Shown here one piece after another: positions 18,360-26,000 of a DNA stretch of 64,000 nt. Location of the stretch: assembly GCA_024405515.1 (NCBI GenBank), contig JAKSOR010000002.1, positions 14,062 through 78,061 of the forward strand, written 5' to 3'. Each line of letters opens with the position of its first letter. Position 1 is the stretch's first letter. Source of the DNA: Clostridia bacterium (lineage in GTDB: Bacteria; Bacillota; Clostridia; Christensenellales; CAG-917). The notes beneath the pieces were generated by a model that was not told the DNA's origin, did no database searches, and worked only from the letters and a program-made list of their open reading frames with translations. A program made the translations under genes and the position numbers.

Positions 18360-19688
18360 TTATGCGTTCCTTGCGAGTGTTCTAATATGTGTCTTGCATA
18401 TCGGCATTCTGTCTACGCCGAATAATTCGTCTAAGTATGCACAGAGTTTATCGGCACTGTTTCTTAAGTAAACAGGGTTCTGTGCTTCAAGTTTTCTTAT
18501 GACTTTCTTTGATAAAATGTCATCAAGTGCCTCAAGTTCGTTTCCGCCACATGCTACATATACTGGTATGTATGTCTTTATCTGCTTCATGATTCGGTTA
18601 CCGAATGTCATATGGAAGTTTTCAATTAAATATGCATCTAATTTCTCAAGTCTTCTCATATTTCTTGAGGTAATCTCATATTCTTCAAGTGCTTCTCTTG
18701 TCAGCTGATCGAACTGCTCTGCTGAAATGTGCACGTTCTTTGTCTTCGGTGCGATGAACGGTTCTGCTTTTGTATCAAGGTTAAGTACCATAGCACGGTC
18801 ATAAACCTTATCTGAGATAGCAAATGTAGAGTCGTCGTTGTTTGCTGTTCCTATAAACCACATGTTTACAGGGAGTTTTATTCTTCCGTTAACAAGTTCT
18901 GTCGGGTCTGTGTCCCATTTATCAGAAACTACGTCTAAGAATCTTTCATCCGGGTTAGGGAGTTCAAGGAGAGATAAGAACTCAGCAAAATAGTACTCGA
19001 CACGGGCAATGTTCATTTCATCAAGAACTGTTACGTAAATGTCTTTAGAGTAGTTTGCTTCGTACATCTTCTCTAAGAGTTTTGTTTCATTGAATCTCTG
19101 TGTGAATTCATTGTAGTAACCGATAAGGTCTGTTCTTTCTTTCCACATAGGCTGAACAGGGATAACAGTGGACTGGTTTTCAAGGAAGTCTCCGAATGCA
19201 TGGGCAAGGGAGGTTTTACCTGTACCGGACATACCCTGAAGAATCATGATATGTGAAACCGAAAGACCTGCAATGAATCTTCTTATGTCATCAATTTCAT
19301 AGTATAAGTGAAGCTTATTTGCTGCATACATATGGAATGAATCGCAGAATTTTTTAAGAGATATAGACTTATCGTAGTTTTCTCTCTGGTATGAGACTGC
19401 GTTCTGGTCTATCTGGGAAAGCATGCAGAAACGAGGGGTGTCTCCCTGTTCTTTCTTTTCTTTCTTGATAGATACACCTTCAGTAACCGTACCATTTGCA
19501 ACGATAGGGAGTGCTGATGACGATGTGATGTTTGCCAGGAACTTGGAGTCATCCTTTCTGAATGCCGCAAAAACGAGAGCAATAAGAATTAATGCCAGGA
19601 TTACGACATAAATAATGAGAGCAGTTTTGTTGAAAACCACATTAAAGAATGACTGCATTGCTTCTGATGCGCTGATTAATATGTTCAT
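18360..19688 (-). CDS. Membrane-tethered McrB-family AAA+ NTPase, paralogue 2. It has a single N-terminal TM.
   Basis: The N-terminal TM is ALIIYVVILALILIALVFAAF. From KEKKEQGDTPRFCM to the C-terminus it is 100% identical in protein sequence to paralogue 1 and carries the same Walker A/B and NNDD motifs. Confidence 0.8.
   Translation of the reverse strand: MNILISASEAMQSFFNVVFNKTALIIYVVILALILIALVFAAFRKDDSKFLANITSSSALPIVANGTVTEGVSIKKEKKEQGDTPRFCMLSQIDQNAVSYQRENYDKSISLKKFCDSFHMYAANKLHLYYEIDDIRRFIAGLSVSHIMILQGMSGTGKTSLAHAFGDFLENQSTVIPVQPMWKERTDLIGYYNEFTQRFNETKLLEKMYEANYSKDIYVTVLDEMNIARVEYYFAEFLSLLELPNPDERFLDVVSDKWDTDPTELVNGRIKLPVNMWFIGTANNDDSTFAISDKVYDRAMVLNLDTKAEPFIAPKTKNVHISAEQFDQLTREALEEYEITSRNMRRLEKLDAYLIENFHMTFGNRIMKQIKTYIPVYVACGGNELEALDDILSKKVIRKLEAQNPVYLRNSADKLCAYLDELFGVDRMPICKTHIRTLARNA
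18388..19436. repeat. Direct repeat copy B of the 1049-bp identical tract
   Basis: Same comparison as for copy A. Confidence 0.85.
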
Positions 19689-19695
19689 ACTGTCC

Positions 19696-22600
19696 TCACT
19701 GCTGGCTTACCTGGAGGGAAGAAAGTGCAATTACTTTCTGGCACTGTGAAATGCTGTCATCCCCGAAGATAGCCCCGAATGTTTCTGTAAATTTCTCCGC
19801 GTCATAGTTTTCAGCGTTTCTGAGTACTGAAACAATAACCGGAAGGAACTTATATGCCAGTGTAAAGTCGAGAGCTTCCGAAGCATCGGAGTTACATGCA
19901 AGCATTGTTGCTGCGAACTGCTCTGTTCTCATACACAGTTTGTTACTCATATGGTAAGGACTGTATTTTGCTACAAGGTCCTCAAGTCTGTCGATCTTCT
20001 TCCATGTGTCTTCTTCAAGTTCAAACTCACGTTTTGCAACCTGTGTCATATACTGGAACTGATCATAATCAACCTTTGTGATAGGTGTCTTTTTGTCTTT
20101 CTTTGTGCACTCGCCGGCCTCAAGATTGATAAAGCATGCAAGGTCAGCAATGTGCTTTGGAAGTGCATCAAGGTTTTCATCTCCGCATACGTTCATGCAG
20201 ATCCATAAATTGGACGGTACTTCGATAGCTCTGTTGATACCGCTCTTAAGTTCAATCATGTTGACCTTATTAGGATTTGAGATGTACTTGATAACAGGTG
20301 AGAAGAATAAGTCAATAGAGGAGAGTTTAACATTCTGAAGTCCGACAAAGGAAATCTGGGGAGCAGTGAATGTCCCTTTTGCTGCTGCCTTAGCGAATGG
20401 TGTTTCCTCAAGTCTTGAACCGTTCTTTTTGTAGAAGAGATCAAGCGGTGATTCTGCTCCTGTAAGATCCTGGAGTGTATTCTGTGAGAAGAAATATGCG
20501 TTCATGATTGCCACTGTGAGATCGAAAATCTGTTTAGGGGCACGGATGAGCATAAGTCTTGATGTTGCCATTGATGAAAGAAGTAATCTTGCCTGGCTGT
20601 AGTTGATTCCGAGGCCTCTTTCGTTTGAGAATACCAGGAACTGTTTGCATATCTTTGAGAAAGTAATGTTCTTATCAACGAATGCCTGTCCTTCGTCTTC
20701 TTTATTTGCTGTTTCTTCCTCATCATCGAATTTGAAGTTCTCAAATTCTTTTTCGAAGATGTCATCAAGCTGGGATGAAGATACTCTTTCTGCATGTTTG
20801 AATCTGTCAGGAGCGGTCTTTTCAATCTGTTTCTTCTTTGAGAGGTCTTTAAGTCTTATGGCTGCCCATACGATAAGACCGATTCCGCTTACTCCGACGA
20901 GTCCGCATATAGCAGCTACGGCAGCCTGGATAAGAATGCCGTCATTCTTGAGCATTAATACTGATACTATCGCGCACGCAATACCTATTAATGTTGCAGC
21001 AATTCCACCTGCCAAAAGACCTGTCCATTTCTTGAGTTTTGCAGGGGTGGAAGTTGCACGTAATCTGAAATCATCATCAATGATATTTGATTCTGACTGC
21101 AGATAATCTTTCTTCTTTTCTCCTGTTTTAGCGAGATCCTTGCCTGCAACGGTCATCTCATCCATTATCTTGATATTTGATACGGATGGTCCGATATAGA
21201 GGTCATAGATTCCGGACTGGAGAATCATTGAATCGGTATCAGGGTCATAGAATTCAAGGTTTTCGATAGGTACTGTTACTTCCTGTGATTCGCCCGGATT
21301 AAGTTTAACCTGGACAAATGCCTTGAGTTCCTTGTTAGGCGTCATTACTGCAGAACCTTCGTTACCTACGTAAATTTGGGCAGTTTCTTTACCTGCCATA
21401 CTGCCGGTATTTGTGATTGTGAAGGTTACATCAGTGCCTTTTACCGAGAATTTTGAATATGTGAATGTCGTATATGAAAGACCGAAACCGAACGGATAAC
21501 GGACTGAAATATTGGATGAGTCATAGTTATAATAACCAATAAACTGTCCTACTTTGTTTCTTCCGCTGTCACGGTTGTTCTTTATCTGCTGGAACCAGTC
21601 GTTTGTATCTTCGTAAAGGGAGATGCTCATTCTTCCGACCGGGTTGAATTTGCCAAAGATTACATTGATGAGGGCATACGCTGAATATGTTCCTTCAATA
21701 GGTGCCCAGATGACACTCTGATAATCTCTGTCCCATCCCATATCAACAGGATATCCTGATGAAACGATGGCAACTGTCTTGTCTCCGAACTGGCTTAATC
21801 TGTCTATAAGTGCCTGCTGGTTTGCAGGGAGTGCAAGGTCCATTGAATTATGGATATTTGCCTCATATTCTTTGTTTGTTCCGAGGAACAGCCATATCAT
21901 ATCTGCCTGACCTGCAAGAGATTCAGCCTGGGAAAGAAGTTCTTCAGAGATATTTTCCTCAACATTGTATCCAGGAGCATGGCCTATAAATTCAAAATCA
22001 AGAGTCTTTGCATATGCTGTGAGACCGCCGATATAGTTAGGTGAACCGGAAAGTCCGTCCACGTCACCGATAATTGCTATTTTCTTTTTCTCTTTTACAG
22101 GGAGAATACCGAATTTATTCTTTAAAAGAACTACTGATTCGAGTGATGCTGCCTGAGCGCATGATGTGGCGCTGCTTGATGCCTGTCTGTTGCATGCATC
22201 GGCGAAATCAAAGAGTTTGTCAAGTGCTGCATCGAGCATTTCAGGAGATACTGCGCTTCCTTCCTCAATGGTCATGTTAAGGTCTTCAATTGAACCTGAA
22301 CCCTCGAGAATGGATTTCTGAAGTGACTGATAGTTCGCAACTGCAGAGGCGAGGGAAGATGCTGCGCCTTTAAGACACAGATTACCCTTTACAAGCTCTC
22401 TTAAAGTTTCATCAAAAGAATAGGCATCCGCAAATACTGTTGTTCCGAGCTGAGATTTGGCGACCTGGTCTATAAATGAGCGGTTTATATCCCCATAGTC
22501 TTTCAGCATTTTTGTTGAAGTTACGACTGCTTCGGCTTTGCACTTCTTCATTGCCTGCATATAAGGACTGATGAAGAAATGGTAGACAATTCTCTTAGAA

Positions 22601-23046
22601 GGAGTCGAATCGAAATATTCTATATCTGTATCCGCGACTGAGAAATCAGGAACGATGGATGCAGAACCTGCCTTGTGAACACCGCTGATGAAAGCGCCGG
22701 TGAAGATACCTGAAAGATACGGATCTTCACAAAGACCAGGCATGTACATGTTGCATCTAGGTTTTGCTGTCGGGACCTCAATAAGGTTTACGCCGGTTGC
22801 TCTTGCTGTGTTAGCGATATCGAGAGCACTTGCTTCCATAAGGGTGGTATCCCATGAATTTGCAAGGGCGGCGGCAGGCGGGTAAGCTTTTACTGCCTGT
22901 GTGCTGAGGTTTTCGAGAGTGTCCATTGTAACCTGCGGGACTCCCATTGCGTTCAGTTCCGGATTGGAGAGATTGGTCACATCCGTTAAGAGTGCAATCT
23001 TCTGCTGAACTGATAATTGATCGATAATTTGCGAATGTTTAATCAT
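19696..23046 (-). CDS. 1116-aa fusion protein: a GH3-like three-domain module (N-domain, C-domain, Fn3-like) with no signal peptide, a 2-TM hairpin and a degenerate (Walker-dead) McrB-like AAA+ domain
   Basis: GH3 hallmarks include KKIAIIGD, ADMIWLFLGTNKEYEAN...LALPANQQALI, PVGRMSISL, RYPFGFGLSYTTFTYS and GKETAQIYVG...ELKAFVQVKLNPGESQEVTV. The hydrophilic N-terminus is MIKHSQIIDQLSVQQ. The TM hairpin is WTGLLAGGIAATLIGIACAIVSVLML and ILIQAAVAAICGLVGVSGIGLIVWAAI (about 20851-21024). The C-terminal 323 aa align along their length with the neighbouring AAA+ proteins. Confidence 0.8.
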   Translation of the reverse strand: MIKHSQIIDQLSVQQKIALLTDVTNLSNPELNAMGVPQVTMDTLENLSTQAVKAYPPAAALANSWDTTLMEASALDIANTARATGVNLIEVPTAKPRCNMYMPGLCEDPYLSGIFTGAFISGVHKAGSASIVPDFSVADTDIEYFDSTPSKRIVYHFFISPYMQAMKKCKAEAVVTSTKMLKDYGDINRSFIDQVAKSQLGTTVFADAYSFDETLRELVKGNLCLKGAASSLASAVANYQSLQKSILEGSGSIEDLNMTIEEGSAVSPEMLDAALDKLFDFADACNRQASSSATSCAQAASLESVVLLKNKFGILPVKEKKKIAIIGDVDGLSGSPNYIGGLTAYAKTLDFEFIGHAPGYNVEENISEELLSQAESLAGQADMIWLFLGTNKEYEANIHNSMDLALPANQQALIDRLSQFGDKTVAIVSSGYPVDMGWDRDYQSVIWAPIEGTYSAYALINVIFGKFNPVGRMSISLYEDTNDWFQQIKNNRDSGRNKVGQFIGYYNYDSSNISVRYPFGFGLSYTTFTYSKFSVKGTDVTFTITNTGSMAGKETAQIYVGNEGSAVMTPNKELKAFVQVKLNPGESQEVTVPIENLEFYDPDTDSMILQSGIYDLYIGPSVSNIKIMDEMTVAGKDLAKTGEKKKDYLQSESNIIDDDFRLRATSTPAKLKKWTGLLAGGIAATLIGIACAIVSVLMLKNDGILIQAAVAAICGLVGVSGIGLIVWAAIRLKDLSKKKQIEKTAPDRFKHAERVSSSQLDDIFEKEFENFKFDDEEETANKEDEGQAFVDKNITFSKICKQFLVFSNERGLGINYSQARLLLSSMATSRLMLIRAPKQIFDLTVAIMNAYFFSQNTLQDLTGAESPLDLFYKKNGSRLEETPFAKAAAKGTFTAPQISFVGLQNVKLSSIDLFFSPVIKYISNPNKVNMIELKSGINRAIEVPSNLWICMNVCGDENLDALPKHIADLACFINLEAGECTKKDKKTPITKVDYDQFQYMTQVAKREFELEEDTWKKIDRLEDLVAKYSPYHMSNKLCMRTEQFAATMLACNSDASEALDFTLAYKFLPVIVSVLRNAENYDAEKFTETFGAIFGDDSISQCQKVIALSSLQVSQQ
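19699..20667 (-). other. Pseudo-ATPase McrB-like domain (Walker A and Walker B lost)
   Basis: Manual alignment to the paralogues:
- SHIMILQGMSGTGKTSLAHAF vs SRLMLIRAPKQIFDLTVAIM (GKT lost)
- VTVLDEMNIARVEYYFAEFLSLL vs SFVGLQNVKLSSIDLFFSPVIKYI (DE becomes LQ)
- IKLPVNMWFIGTANNDD..ISDKVYDRAMVLNLD vs IEVPSNLWICMNVCGDE..LPKHIADLACFINLE
- the C-terminal helical parts also align (ISAEQFDQL.. vs VDYDQFQYM..). Confidence 0.7.
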
Positions 23047-23067
23047 GGTTTATGCTCCTAAACTAGA

Positions 23068-26000
23068 TTAATCTATGTCCTTAGTTTTGATTTTTAATCC
23101 GTACAGATATACCTTGTCGTTTGCTGTACTGTTTGCTGATAAACTTGTGTTGTTAATCCTGAACTTGAGTGAATTGCCGGAGTTCAGTGTTATTGAGTAG
23201 TGAACTGGGTCAGCTGTGACTTTGATTCCGTCCTGGCTGAGTGCATCATTTATGAATACCTGGAGTTCTGAGGATGAACTCTTGAAATCTACAAAGTAAC
23301 TGAAGTCTGCCTCGACACTCTTACCTTCCGGTGCTTTTATTTCTATTGCTGTATAGTACTGTTTCTGGCTGCACTTTGATTTAAGCACTACTGCATTATC
23401 CTCGTATGCTACATATGAAACTCCCTGGAATATATCTGTAAGGGTAATTTCTTCTCGTGTCTTTGCATTGGCTGAATTGATTAATGTCCAGTGGCAGACC
23501 TTACATTCATTGTTTTCGTCAAGGTCATGGCTTCCCGGAGCAGTTGTTGAATATTCATCTCCACAGGCCGGGCATTTGAAGATTGTGTATACTTCGATAT
23601 CGCAGTTGTCTGATTCAACTCTGTCTGGAACGAAGTGGTTGATTTCTGTTGAGATTTCGCCTGCAGCTGTGAGTGTCCACTGAGTATTCTCATGTACACA
23701 TGCAGCATAATAAAGAACAGTGATATCACCGAAGCTTCTGTTTGATCTGATGCTTGGCCATGTTGTAGCTGTTCCTTTGTAATAAACAGTACCGGTGAAA
23801 TTGTTCGGATTCTGGAACCATAAGTTGGAGAATAATGCAATTGATGAAGGGGCGATAATCTTGTCAATATGTGAATCAGGATTTGTCATTGATAATTCGG
23901 CAACTGTGTAGGAATTAATCTCGCTTCCTTCGAATTCAAATGAATCGGCAAGTTCAAGAAGACCGTTTTCTGTTTCTCCTGAGATACTGTATAGATACCA
24001 TTTATCTGCATTATAGAGTGAATACGATACGTAGTAGAATTCTCCGTCTCTGAGTGTGTTTACGCTGAGAGCGCCTGCACTCTGGACAACTTCCTTTGCA
24101 TAGAGTGATACCTGGCCGTTGCTTGTTGTGCCGGTAACCACAGTTAAACCGGAAAGGTTGATGATGCCGTATAAATGCTTGCATCCCGTGAATGCTTCCG
24201 TAGAGATTGACTCAAGGTTTTCAGGAAGTGTGAGTACAGAGAGTCCGTAACAGTTATAGAATGCCTGCTCACCGATTGAAAGAAGTGAGGACGGCAGAGT
24301 GATATTATAAAGTCTGTAGCAGTTGTAATATGTTTTTCTGCTAATTGACTCAAGGTTTTCAGGAATATTTATATCTTCGAGTCTGTAACAGTTTTCGAAT
24401 GCACTTTCTCCGATTTCGGTTACTGTTGAAGGTATTGTGAGTGCAAGAAGTGAAGAGCAGTTCTTAAATACTTCTTCTCCGAATGATGTGAGATTAACGG
24501 AAGCAGAAGGAAGAGTTACAGCACTTAAATTCAGACATCCGCTGAACATGGAATCTGCAAGAACTTTTAATGATGAAGCACCGCTTAAATCTGCAGTCGT
24601 GAGTGAAGTGCAGCCTGCGAAACAGTTTTCAGGGAGTACTGTTACAGCTCCTGATACTGATACTGATTTGATTGCCGGGTTTGCATTGAAGATTCCGCCG
24701 AGAACTTTGTACTGGAAAGGGAGACCGTCATATGCATCTCCTTCTGCGGATTCGAATTCACCGAGGACGAGATTTTCAGGCATCATGCTATTAAGTGCAT
24801 ATAAGAACCAGTCTATTCCGTTTGTCTTGAAGACGAAATCGCCGTATACAGAATCGTAAAGGCTCTTCTTTGTTTTGTTATTGTGTATAAGAAGTGCATT
24901 CTTTGCAACATATCCGTGATTATCGCTTCCCTGTTCAATGTCAAATGATGTCAGATTGTATACATCATAAAGAACCGGGCATCCGATGAATGCGGATTCA
25001 CCGATATTTGCCTCACTGAGTGAGAACGGGAGATATACTGCAGAAAGTGATGAGTCATATGCAAATGCAAAGTCACTGATTGTTTCTGTTCCGTCAGGAA
25101 TTTTTGCATCTTTTAATTTTGCACAGCTGTTGAATGCATAACTGCCGATTTCCCTGAGATAACATGTGTCTTCCGGGAATAAAATGCTTTCAAGAGATGC
25201 GTTTTCTGAGAATGCATAGTCACCGATACTGCTGATACATGCTGCAATGCCGATCTTTGTGATGGCAGTGTTGGCCTCAGCAAAGTGCCCGATGATATTG
25301 TATTTTGATGCTGTTCTTACAATTCCTCTTGCATTTTCACCGGATGGTGTCTGAGGAAGTGTGAGTTCAGTCTTTGAATGATCGTAGTCAACAAGATACC
25401 AGTCACCGCCGTGTGTAACGTCTGCTTTATAGAATTCAAATCCGTTTTCATCAGTGAATTTTTCGGAATCAGCTATATATGCTGTTTCTGAATCATAGAC
25501 TGCGAGCGGGTTAGGGGCTACAGCTGTGAACGGTGAAGGGTTAATGATTTCAACAAGTTTATAGCAGTTGTTGAAAGCGTTTGATTCTATATCGTCAATA
25601 AGTCCCGACGGGATATTTATGTAGTTAAGGGATGTACATCCGTCAAATGCGTTGGACTCGATTGTCTTGATATCATCATTGAGAGAGACTCTCTTTAATG
25701 ATGTGAGTCCGTAGAATGCATTCTGAGGAATAAGTGTCGCTTTTGTAAGAGCAACTTCCCTGAGTGTTTCCGGTACATATTTATTTCCGTTTACCGCAAT
25801 GCCTGAACCGAAGATATATGCAAGATATCCGTACTCATCCCCGTTTCTGTTTCCGACATAAGGAAGTGATAACTTAACAAGGGAACCGCATCCGAGGAAT
25901 GAATTCTGACCGATGGTTGTGACTGTTTCGGCAATAGTTGCTTCGGTAAGGGCAGCACAGCTGTTGAATTCGTTTTCACTGATTAATGTGGCACCGTCTT

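Noticed and set aside
14972-19688. The 1-kb identical direct repeat read as an IS element, transposon ends or a phage att duplication.
   Set aside because: The identity starts and ends inside ORFs and stays in frame. No transposase or integrase is present and no terminal inverted repeats were seen. The flanks remain homologous at the protein level, differing only synonymously. An assembly artefact cannot be excluded without reads.
14972-19688. A classical McrBC type IV restriction system.
   Set aside because: - Both McrB-like proteins have N-terminal TM anchors where a DNA-binding domain would be expected.
- The McrC-position protein shows no PD-(D/E)xK block and carries a coiled coil.
- The genes are translationally packed within a surface-protein operon.
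20603-21106. Longer antisense or overlapping ORFs: 20603-21106 (167 aa), 50832-51422 (196 aa), 58061-58699 (212 aa), 54416-54934 (172 aa), 34471-34905 (144 aa), 31100-31501 (133 aa) and 44780-45085 (101 aa).
   Set aside because: Each lies wholly within, and opposite to or out of frame with, a gene supported by strong family motifs. Their sequences are low-complexity (S/F/L/A-rich) shadows with no recognisable domains.
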